Of a DNA stretch of 64,000 nt, positions 37,901-49,030 are shown one piece after another (within the stretch, counting starts at the first letter, position 1; each line of letters begins with the position of its first letter). The stretch lies in the NCBI GenBank assembly GCA_965153455.1, contig OZ234494.1, positions 1,178,001 through 1,242,000 on the forward strand. The letters are read 5' to 3'. The DNA is from Sphagnum compactum (taxonomy: Eukaryota). The notes beneath the pieces are model-generated. The model saw nothing but the letters and a program-made list of their open reading frames with translations. It was not told the DNA's origin and did not search any database. The position numbers and the translations under genes were made by a program.

Positions 37901-40709
37901 CTGCCCTTCCCAGTATGATAATCAACCAGGAGACACCTTGCAAGGCGGGAACCCTTGTGTGTCTACAGAATGTTCTCTAATGGTGCAACAACCTAGTTCC
38001 CCTTTGTTCCAAGCAAACACATCTTGGTAATGCTTTAAGACCTTCTAGAGCTGTTGTCTTTTCTCTTCATCCAGGTTATGATCAACCCAAATCTTCAGTC
38101 AAATCTCTTCCCACCTTGTGTTCACTTCATGGTTGTCAAACAACGCTAATTGCTCTCTGTAATCGTCATGAGAGTCACCATTGTCTGCTTGATGAACTTG
38201 CAACAGTACAGGAATTTCTGTATAGCTTCTGGATTCAAAGATGGCCTTCTTTCCTTTCTCTGCATCTGAAACCCACTTTATCCAATCAGCATAGTTGTCA
38301 GCATCTGTGATTTTTTCTTCCATAAAAACATCGACTTGCCCTTGTAATATCAGCTGCAGAATTTGTTGTGGTCCCTCTGACAGCACCAAGTTTTCAAGTT
38401 CAGTATTCCCAAACTCATGCTCATCACCACTCGGCTCAACCAGTTGAGACCCTTCATCACAATATCCATCATTATTTGTATTACTGTCTGAATCTGGCAC
38501 AAGTGAATCCATTTGTCCAAGCATAATGGGATCATACAGAGGTGCACTCCTAATAGCCATGTCAGAGTCTCCATTGAGATGTGTGCTCTTTAAAGCAGTA
38601 GCAACATCTTGCATCAGCGTCTCTGAGTTCATTCTCTACAACATATTTACCATAGTTAATGGTAATACTTCTACATTAATTCCTGGACCATGCCTCACTT
38701 ATAATAAACCTCGTTCCACATCCACGATTGCTCCAATTTTTATGAGAAAGTCTAATCTAAGCAATACATCATAACTATCTGTATCCACTACCATGAAGGT
38801 CATAGTGCACTATACGCCTCCAACTTTGACTGGTACTTGCCACTTCAATAGGCATTCTCCTCTTAGGTACTTGAGTGTATGAGAAGATATTCTCATTTCC
38901 ACACAGCTTGTTGAGTTGTTGCATAGTTGTGATGCACTCCCAACTCCTTAAGGGACTCAAATGTGAGTCCAAACAGAAAACAACGGAAAAGTAAGGAGTC
39001 GGGGCACGCTCCCTGGCTCACAACATTTTGGAGGGGTAGAGGGGCGTGCTGGAGCTCCGGGATGGGACTAGGAAGAATAACAAGCATCAACTACTCACAT
39101 GGACTTGCACAAGACCAACACAAAGTGGTTATTGCATAGTTGGAGCACTTTTGGTGTTAGGACGAGCGATGGGCAACTCGGACTCACAAGACTCACCACA
39201 GCCCGGACTTGGGGGAAGCAACCACCTTCCCCCCTTATAGTATACTATGTGCCTCTCCATGAGGCCCACATCCAAATGGCATTTTGTCCCGGGACTCCCA
39301 AGTGGGAGTCTCAAAATTACCAAGGTTGGGACTCCCGCGACTTTGGGGGTCCATAACTTTGCGTGCAGAGTTTCGATTGAGATGAGGTCTAAGCAAAGTT
39401 GTAGCCCTTGTCCAGAGCTTTCCAACAATATGTCGCACGCCACCTGCACGCAAGGAAATTGGGTCGATTCCTAACTTGTAGTGGTCAAGAGTCAAACTGC
39501 CAATTTGACTCCCGGCCCTTCTTTTGGTCATAACTTGTGTTTTAGATGTCCAAATGGGTCATGCGAGCCCATTTTAGACATCTACGTATCAATAGCTTTT
39601 CAATCCATTGGTTTTTGACCCCTGTAATTGTTCTTTGAACATTCGAGAGTCCACCGAGACTCCAACTCCCAAAGTGGGAATTCCCTTGGGAGTGTGAAGG
39701 TCTATTCCCTCACACTCTCTTGCACTCCCGGGAGCATGCGGCATGACTCCCTGGTTTCCCTCTTGGCCCGCAACCTTGCAACCCCTCGCCTTGGTCGCAA
39801 GCCCAAGGCTAGGGTTGCGACAATTGCCTCCTCATCAATTAACAATACTTCCAAAAAATTTGTTGTTCTAGAATGGGACTTCCCATCCTTGGGTTTCTTC
39901 CAACACCTGTCCTCTGAATGACCTAGACCTAAACAGAACGGGCACTTTATTCCACAATTCTCTATCCTATGAGACATGCCACATTTGGCACATTTTGGTC
40001 GTGGCTCATTTAATCTCGAACATGCAGTGGCCAGATGGTCTCCTCCCTTGTAGATCTGGCATCCCCCAAACATGGTGGAAGAGGATGACGCATCAGGATT
40101 AGGCATAATCCCCTTGAAGAAATTGATAAGTGTGTTGTTCAAAGCAGCAACCTGCTTTTCCATCATTGTTTCTGAAACTCGCTCTTCCTGTTCTTCTTTC
40201 AATGGCTCATATGGTGTCACTTTGAGTTCTCCTAATACTCTTTCCAGTTCTGTTGCAGCCTTGACCAATTCTTCAATGTGAGTAAAAATTCTTATTACAC
40301 ACAACTTCCAAATTTCTGGCCTTAACCTGGCCAGAAATCTTTGCTTCTGCTCAGCATCTTGTATCCTGCCCCTCTAAAAGAACTTATCTAGGCGTTCAAA
40401 TTTTTTCTAAACCCTCTCCTTGGGTTCTTGTTTTATGGCATCAAGCTTCATCTTGATGTCATTTGCATCGACACCCCCATATTTCTGTGTTATGAGAGCC
40501 TGCAATTCAGTCCAGTCAGCAGGTGCTAGTTGGAGTTTCTTGAACCATTCTTTGGCCCTCCCTCTTAAATTCAGTTTTGTAATTTCAAATAACTTGTCAG
40601 CATTCAAATCCCGTACCTCCATAGCCATAGTAAGTCTTTCCGCCCAATCATTAACATCCTCATGGTCCCTGCCCTAGAACAATTCATCCATGCCCTGTGG
40701 GCTAGTCAT
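34929..40709 (-). pseudogene. disrupted gag-pol polyprotein (Gag with three CCHC knuckles, partial protease, RT, RNase H, integrase)
   Basis: RT motifs LDLQSGFWQI, VMPFG and IFVDDL; RNase H motifs DWSPKGVGAILSQ and TDHKPL; integrase HHCC (HEDLGH..CQQC), IDHYSKW, TDNGGE and PQCNGMVE. Many in-frame stops and frameshifts. Confidence 0.93.
38930..39822. mobile_element. nested solo LTR of a second retrotransposon family (893 bp)
   Basis: GC-richer block with TG...CA ends (tgatgcactccc...gggttgcgaca) and near-TSD GTTG/ATTG. Removing it rejoins the host frame DEEA-T-MQQLNKLCG. Confidence 0.85.
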
Positions 40710-41870
40710 ACTGCAACTTCCAATCTTAACCTTAGTGCAATCTGTTGTGGATCCACTGTTTCCACTTCTTTTGGATCAGATGGTTGATACTACACCTAGT
40801 ATCTGAGCACCTTGTAACCTATCTTGGATTGAAGAAAAACCCAAGAAAAGAAGTGGTACTCATTAGATGAACATCCACTGTTACTTATCAGATTTTGCCT
40901 TGGTTTGCTACCATAATACCATTTATTCAAGGAACCAAAATGTATCATAGCAAAAGCATCATGCCCCGCTTCTGCTTCAGGGCAGTGACACCCATGTCCT
41001 TCAGAGATGAAAACCCTAAAGATATCTAAATCTCAGTGAATGAAATTTTGGGGTTCTTGTAACGATCTCTGTTTATCAACCTCCTAGACGTTAGATTGTG
41101 GAACTTGGGCTGAGTTTCCACAACTTCAGTCACTGCAATCCATCAATTTAGCACTAGTTCAAAAATTCAAACTGATCTCCGTCCATTATAGATCTCAAAA
41201 ACATGATGTTAGATGGAAGGGTAGAGAAATTTTGCTCATTTGTAGACTCTAGTTGATACCGCAGCCTTTGCTCTGCATCCCGCCATATGCTCCAACTCAG
41301 GTCGCGAGATCTTGACCCCAAGTGCTCCACCCTAATATTCGGTCTTCATTCTGAAACAAATCTTCCACCCCAGGTATGTAGAGTCTAACAAAATGGTTAG
41401 GTGAGACGGAAAGCCAGGGAATCCAAATGTCTCTTATCCTAGGTGTCCTATTCTGTCTTTCAAGAATTGAAAATGAGATTCTACGCAAGGTTAAAGGTAT
41501 AATGATATTGCCTCTGTAACTTTGAGGTCGATTCCCAACCTCTTGCTCCATCCCTTATCCTCATCCAAACCTGAGCAAGGGTGCAGAAACCATTGTGGGC
41601 TATCTCCACTGCAATATCCCCAATCCGAGCTTCATTAAGATTCACACCCATAAGAACCACTGTGCCAAATCCCAACATTCGCAAAATTAGGGCTCCATTT
41701 GAGGTTCATCCTGTTTTCTTGGATAATCAAACCTGACAACTAGTTGTTGTTCATGGATTTCCTGCGTAATGTCATTTAGCTCAATCTCATTCTCACTGGA
41801 TGATGACATATTGTCCTGCATGTCTTCATTAGTCCAAATGAAATGGAATTCCCATATTGTCGCCGAACAG

Positions 41871-41888
41871 AACCTCACTCTCATACCA
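41871..41888 (-). other. primer binding site, tRNA-iMet-like
   Basis: Minus strand TGGTATGAGAGTGAGGTT versus canonical TGGTATCAGAGCCAGGTT (15/18), directly after the 5' LTR. Confidence 0.75.
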
Positions 41889-43023
41889 AAAGAAAAGGGA
41901 GTATGAAAAGAACCAATGCAATGGCACATAAAAACATCCAACAAAGTCTGAATCTTGGGAATCCTACAACAAATCACATTACATGACTTGTGGTATGCTA
42001 GTCAAGGAGATCAATTACTGGTGTCTGCTTATTTTGATAGCACCCATTCTGGTACATCTATGCGTATCTTCATTTGCACATTTTCCTATTGGCAATGTCC
42101 TACTGGTAGATTAACAACCATTCACTACACTAAAACTCCAGAATCTATTCGAGGTATGGCTTTGAAGTCAGAACCCTCAAGGTTCATTCAATCCGTATGA
42201 GCTGTTAAAACATTTTCCCATTTAATGCAACAATGCAACATAACACCAATTCTCTCAATTGTAAATTTTAACCCTGCATACCCTTGAATTCAATATCCTG
42301 AATGTTTTTATGAATAGCAGATGCCAGGTTCACTTAGAACCACTCAAGGAAACAAACATTGATGTAGGAGTATACTACAAATTTTTTATCTTCAAGTTTT
42401 CCCCAATCTTGACCTTGTTTTTCTTAGTCTACCCAACTTGAGGATACCTCTTTTGAGGTTTCTGGCACCTACCCTGACAACTATTCTATAACACAGATTC
42501 AAGGTACTGCAACAAAAGTAGACCCTCCCAAATGTAGCTGAACTTCTATATGCCACTCAGTTCTACAGCTCGGACCCCTTCCGTTGTCATCATCCCTCAA
42601 GCATCAACCCCTCATAGCTATTCCTACTTCTAACTACTGCTACTTTGCTAAGTCATTGGCGTAGTGGAGTTCAGTAACACTTAGCCTAGTAGTTTGAAAA
42701 ATTGCACACAACCAGAAAATTGCATCCCGTAGAAAGAACCTGTACCTTCATACTGCCTTTTATCCTTACCTCTTACCGTCCATTCCTCAAACCTTCTTCA
42801 CTGCAGTTGCTCCCTCCACCATCCATCGTTCGGCACAGCTCCTATTCTCCATAACATACAAACAAACAAGGTTGCTTACCCATGCATTCCTTGCAGCAGC
42901 AATAGGATAAGTTTCCACCACAAGTGCGCGAAAAGGTGACGGCTAATGAAAACAATAAAACAAAAACGAAACCCTAAAAATCTGTTGTGTTCACACAATT
43001 AGGGTGACCTGCATTCGGTCACA
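41885..43023 (-). repeat. 5' LTR
   Basis: Direct repeat of 33755-34883 with many substitutions and small indels. Confidence 0.92.
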
Positions 43024-43486
43024 TAAGAACCTAGCAGAGTTGATTGCTATTTGTATTTACTTTAAGAAGTGACATTGGGAATTGAGATTGTGTGTGATTT
43101 TGTATTTCATTGCATTTGAAGGCTGAAATCAGGATAAGCAAAAGGCCACATTTTTCCTGGGAGAAATTCCAAGTCTTGGGTTTTCATATTTCTCATCTGG
43201 GTGACGAGGAATATTATTAGCCTCAATAAACACTGGCAGCAACATCTTTGTTGGAGGGGAAGCTCAAATCCCTTGGGAAACAATGACTTTCCTTGGTATC
43301 TTTTTAACCTATGCAATATGAGGTGGTTTAGAAAATTAAGAAAATTTCAAAACTTCATCATGTCTGTATGTTTGTAAAGCTGCCACATGAGAAAAAAGTG
43401 AAATAGACTACACATTGGAATCGGCCCATAACATAACCAGGTCAAGAACTGGCTGAACCTGGGCCTGTCCTGCCCCCATTAGAAAG

Positions 43487-43764
43487 AAGGGGTGTGTCAC
43501 ACTGTGGCCTTGCCATTCACATTAAAAAAGTATCTTAAGGCAAAAGAAGAAACTCAAATATTTCACCATGCAAAGAGAGTCACAAAAAATCCTCTAAAAG
43601 AAATCAAAATCCTTCAAGATATTATAACTCTATAACTAATCTCAAGTTTCAACACAAGCCAAAATATCATCTTTCAAAAATCCTCATATAAAAGTAAGCC
43701 TATTACCTAGGCGCCAAAATCCCTTAAGCTACTATACTCTATAATGAATCTAAACACAATATCC
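43487..43764 (+). repeat. ~290-bp dispersed repeat, copy 3
   Basis: Same family as 4391-4934 and 4946-5235; carries the MITE-empty site. Confidence 0.85.
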
Positions 43765-44433
43765 AAGGCCAACAAAACCATCAACCAGAAACTGGCATTG
43801 ATTAAAAAGAAATCAAAAACCAAAACAGATGGTTTCAATATTTTTTAAAAATTAAAGAACTGGAACCGAAGGTTTTCCCTCATGCAGAAAATTTGGCTTT
43901 AACCAGAACCAGCCGACACTGGTTTTGTTCATCACATCTTCCCAATAAATGTTCTCAGTGGCCCGATACTTTGTGTTGGTGTTCCAAATGTGGTTCCCAT
44001 GTTCTTCCAATAACCCCACTTTTTATCCCATTTTGCTTACATTATTTCTAAATATTGCAAATATCCCATGCATAGACTAAATCACAGACTCAGAGCTCAA
44101 TTCTAATTTTTTGGGCTTAATATGACCCACTAAAAGGACTCAGTCAAAAAGCTGAAGGTACCAATGTGGGTTCTGGTGGTTCACCCAGGCATTTTGAAGC
44201 CTACAGCTATGAATTCTAATTCTCAATTCTCAAACAAAAAGCCGATACTACTACCACAAGTTATCAAGACTTCCATTTCCTTGTGCATTCTTGAATCCTC
44301 TTGTATTTATTTCTGTTGAAATTTTCCAAAGAATTCATCAGTGCACCCTGAAATTCGAAAAACAGGAACCAAATTTTGTCTTCATATAAATAATATAGCT
44401 CGGAAGATCCTTCTCACAACCGGGTTCTTGAAA

Positions 44434-44505
44434 GTCGTTGTAGTATAGTGGTAAGTATTCCCGCCTGTCACGCGGGTGACCCGGGTTCAATCCCCGGCAG
44501 CGGCG
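44434..44505 (+). tRNA. trnD-GUC: tRNA-Asp (GUC), second copy
   Basis: Identical to 27131-27202 except the T-loop (TTCAATC vs TTCGATC); T6 terminator at ~44524. Confidence 0.97.
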
Positions 44506-46613
44506 CCCTAAGTTTCTCTGAACTTTTTTCCTCCCTGTTCGTCTCTCTTGTATGGGCTCGCAGCAGTGCAACGAATGCTGTTGTAAAAGAGCGTTTGTTT
44601 GCAGTGGTGGACTTTGTATCAATATATTTGAGCAGCGGTGCTCCGAAAACGCTCTGCCTTTTTTGTTAGCTCCCTCTTTGTCTTCTTCTCTGGGTTTTAC
44701 AGCTAGAGGTGAAGCAAGCAACGAATGTATTTTGTAAAAGAACACTAAAAATGTGGACTATAGCTATCAATGTGTCAATAAATTGGAGAAAGAAAAGTGA
44801 TACAGTACTGTGAAACTGAAGGTGGCAGAAGACTTATCACTATGTTGGATACTGATAACAGCTCAAACGAAGGGCACTGCTGGAGATGCTCAAGGTTTCA
44901 AATTGTCATTAACAGTGTACCTTCTTAAGCCACTCGCCCAGCTTTCATCAGTTCATAACATACTGGTGTAGCCCTGCCATTGCCACAAGCGTGAACACAT
45001 TCTTTATCTCTTACATTTTCAGAATCAAAAATTTCTAAATTCGGCAATGAGAATACATTAACGGGCTCAATTGCTTTTTCCTTCCAAACCCAATTTTTGC
45101 ACTTTGTTTGAAGATGAAATAGTATCAAGATAGCAAAATGGAAAAAAAAATCGCCAAAGCCTTACAACCACAACCTTATTTAAGGCTTCACAACTAAATG
45201 ATCAACATCATATATCAAGCCATGTATAATCTATATATAAAAATAACCATGGCTTGCGTACTCAAAGTACCTCTATATGATGCTGCAAGATAACTAGTTA
45301 GATGAGGAGCATGAAAACCATTAGAACTAGGACAGTGATGGGCAGTCATGGACATATAAAACATGAGGAACCCCCTGATTGTTGATGTGATCCATCTGGT
45401 GTATTCACATGGAGTTAACTAAAGACACCCTACCCACTTGCATCTGAGGGCAGAAGCAATATAAGGGTTCTTTGCTGGAAATTATTGCTGCTGTTTCCTG
45501 CCTTGTCTTTAGCTGCGTCCTCTTGCCACCATGGAAAATACATAACGTTTCAAATATGTAAACTCAAAACTCTTGTCTAAGCACTCTTGATCATAACACT
45601 CTTGATTGAGCTCCAAAATTCTTAAGGTCTTCATGCCAATATTGATTTTCTTTTGTTGTTAGAAAAAAAGCTGAACAATCAATGTTTTTTTGGTTTTTAT
45701 CTATGTGGAGACTAGTATTTCCTATATTTGGGGCATGTGGTTTGAATGTCTTCATTTTGAATATCTCATTGAAATATAACCACTTCAATTGAATTGTGAA
45801 CAAAAAAGAGTCAATACATATTGTGCATTGTAATTGTCATGTGTTCAGATGGTTTATATAAATCAACAATTAGCTTGTCAAAGGTTTGACCTTGTCTTTT
45901 ATAATTTGTCAAAACAAAAAGCTAAATTTAATGAAATTTGTTCATGCTTGATAATTTTTTTAAAAATATTTTAAAGTCCATATGTGTCATATTGGTAATC
46001 AAAATTATAAGAAATCGAGGCAATAGGAATGATATTCCTAGGCAAGCCATTACGATTTATGTTCTATAAAATAGAATGATTAGTAATGAATGTGTTGAAA
46101 TTTACAAATACAGATAGAAGAGGGTTTGTAAAAGTTGAGTTGTTTGTTTTTATCACAATTTTATGAATGATGTTTGTTGTCCCATTTATGAGTCCAAATT
46201 TAAGGTATAAATTTATTTATTAACATAACCTTCATGTCTTTGTATAATTTTAAGAATGTATATAATTTATCAATGTTAAGAGTTTGGAACATATTTCCTT
46301 ATATTGAATTGTATAACTTCATGTAAAATTTTGATTTTATATTTTTCCTTTGCAACAATTGTATAACACAAACAACATTTCTTTTCTGAATTATATTTCA
46401 ATCATTTCTTTTAACTCATTGCAGGGAACAATGTATGTAACGTCATCCAATAGTGTTGAAACAACTTAATTTGTCATTTTGATAGAAATCAAGATTTGAA
46501 TAATGAAAAATCATTTTCAACAATTTTATTCTTTCACAAATTATTGAGCAACTGAGCATATTTTATGTCTACATTTTTTCACATTTTTTATGTATTAAAA
46601 ACCCATTAGATCC

Positions 46614-46938
46614 TGAAACTCAAAGAATTGACATCATTTGAATACTTTTGCAAGAATGTTTTGCCAAAAGATGGAGAAAGATGGAATTCCCACAACCAGA
46701 TGTGCATTAAAATCTTGTGCTATATATTGGTCCAATACCATATTTACTTCTTTCTTTAAATGTGGTAACACGATTCTTTCCAAATGGATGAATCTATAAT
46801 AAAATTCTCTAACATGGATGTACAAATACTAAAGTTGCCTAATATCATCAATTATGATAACACAAACATTTTATTTTCTTTCCATCGGTAATGAATGTTT
46901 TTTTTGTAGTTAGGGCCACTTTAGACTATGGATTCAAA
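46614..46938 (+). repeat. diverged duplicated segment, copy 2
   Basis: Paralog of 28914-29210. Confidence 0.8.
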
Positions 46939-47184
46939 ATCGCCATATTAAGACAACAGTTTCCAACAAGTCACCAAACTATAGCCGGATGCTTAAATTG
47001 TTTTTACTTTCCTCTCTGACCTGTACCCAAATTTGGCAAATTCCTCTTGTGCATGATCACCAGTATGGCTACATCACAAATTAAAACGCTGGTTGTAGCT
47101 GCAATCCAAAGTTGTTGCACTGCTACAAACCCATCAAGCAAATTTAAGCTTTCAGTCCGGCTACCCTTTTGGCACAGATACTAA

Positions 47185-47521
47185 GGCCCACTTTAGATGA
47201 GGGTCCAGGGTCCAATTTCCTAGGAACCAATTTGGACTAATTTGAAGCAAATTCTTTTGAATCCTTGAGTTGGACTCTACCTTGGTCCGTAGCCTGATTC
47301 TTAGTTCTCCAAATCAGGAGCTGTCCTTTTAGCACTGTTTTTCAGTCTGAACCAATTGATTTTCTCTCCAAAAGAGGTGCCATGTAGGTTTAGCCTCAAT
47401 TTGCCACTTTTTGGTCTTGGACCCTTGTTTAAAGGCCTTGGGACCGATTTAAAGCTTTCGACTAATAAGATTGCTTGAATTCATTGGTCCTTGGACCTTG
47501 GACCCTCCTCTAAAGTCGCCC
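47185..47521. mobile_element. PIF/Harbinger (Tourist-like) MITE, 337 bp
   Basis: ~31-bp TIRs ggcccactttagatgagggtccagggtccaa / ttggaccttggaccctcctctaaagtcgccc, with TAA TSD on both sides. Confidence 0.88.
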
Positions 47522-49030
47522 TAAATGGGAGCTACAGTAGGACAATGGATAACAAGGATCAGTTTCATAGAAGAGGCTCAATGGTGTAGTAATTCCCCTT
47601 AAAGCAAGGAGATATGGAGCGGCACAGCCAGGTAGCCAGCTATCTTTTCAACCTTGATTCATCCACCATCCACAGCATTGCAGTTCCCTGGCCGCATGAC
47701 TAGGATAATCCGGACTCAGAGAGGAGAGAGGTTGCTGTTGAGATTCATAGAGCGTTTAAACTAGGGGAGAAGCAAGCCTGAAGGACATTCAAGGGGTTAA
47801 CAAAAGTCTAGCGGAAATTTTATTGTTTGTGAGGTCGGTCGTCATGGAGAACTTGGTGAAAGGATTGACCGGTATTACTGTTGTCGGCTCCACTAACCGC
47901 TCCTCCCCATGCTATCTTCTATTGCATGCTCTTTGCAACTCCCCTTGCCTTGCTCCTTCTTTCACCCCCAACAACTCTTACACCCACCAGCAGCTAAATT
48001 TTGCAAATGTCACAAGCAGCTTCCTGAAGTCCTCCATAACCAATGTATAAGAATACCCCCTCGAGTTTCCTGTCTGATCTGAGTGCCCATGATCAAGACT
48101 GGAAGTTGTTTCCGAAATTTCCTCAAAGCACAAATTTCCTCATGCACCTCGCTCAGAGCACAATGTCATGCATTTGCTAAGAAGTCAAGATTCTAACAAT
48201 GCCATATTGAGAGGTACTAAGGGACGCACTGCTTTGATGTCTCCTAGACAAGTCCAGGCGTTGCAATCTCTAGCTTTGAGCATGGGGTGAATGTGAGGGG
48301 TCTCTGCTATCCATCTGTTTTCTATTTGGAAGGAAAATTTTTGTTTTTAACAGACTTTGGCATGACAAGTTTATGGGGATGGCCACATGTCAAGGTTGCT
48401 TGTTGTCAAGTCATATTTCTAGAATCCATCTTGGGCTGATACAAACTGTGTTTTAGTTTCAGAATTGTAGTAGCAAGTGCACAACATGATGGATGTAGTT
48501 CAGCTTTGTTGGCATTTGAAGGTGCTAGTTGTCATTACAACTCTGTTGTTTGAGTTTGTTTCTGAATCTTGTCTGAATCTACTTTCATATGATCATTTGA
48601 TCCATCTGTTTTCAATATTAACCTCCAAACCCTATCATGCATCATCATTGTTAATGTTCAGATCAATGTCTGATTTTATGTCTGTTCTCAAATCAAGGAG
48701 TATTCATGGGTTTTGGGATAATGGATTTTTGTAAGGAAATTAGGTTTCTATGGGTTTTGACGCACACAACCCATTTTGTCAGATTTGTCCACAATATCTC
48801 TCATAATAGAGTTTCCCAAAGTCATCACACTTGTTCTCTCCAGAACATTGATCAAGGGTGACAATTGACAAGTGGAAAAAAATTACGATATCCATCCTTG
48901 CAAAAAAAAAAAGTGGACTGGGTGTAGTCAAACATGCTCAAGTGGTGCATAAGGCTGCAGAGTGAAGAATTGAAGGCCTGAATATAGCAACAAGTGATAT
49001 GCAACAATCAAAAAAATCAAGCTGCAACTA

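Larger units (their letters stand above)
33751..43023 (-). mobile_element. Ty3/gypsy LTR retrotransposon, full length, inactive (9.27 kb including nested solo LTR)
   Basis: Two ~1.13-kb direct LTRs, outer TG...CA ends, 4-bp TSD TAAG (33747-33750 and 43024-43027), PBS, PPT and domain order gag-PR-RT-RH-INT. Confidence 0.95.

Noticed and set aside
38893..39921. Dense cluster of overlapping ORFs on both strands
   Set aside because: They lie in the GC-richer solo LTR and show no protein motifs.
43090..43310. Exon-like minus-strand stretch beside the LTR element (also ~33570-33695)
   Set aside because: Contains stops and no identifiable motif, so a host gene cannot be supported.
44338..44745. 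ORFs overlapping tRNA-Asp copy 2
   Set aside because: Translation of the tRNA and its flanks; no coding features.
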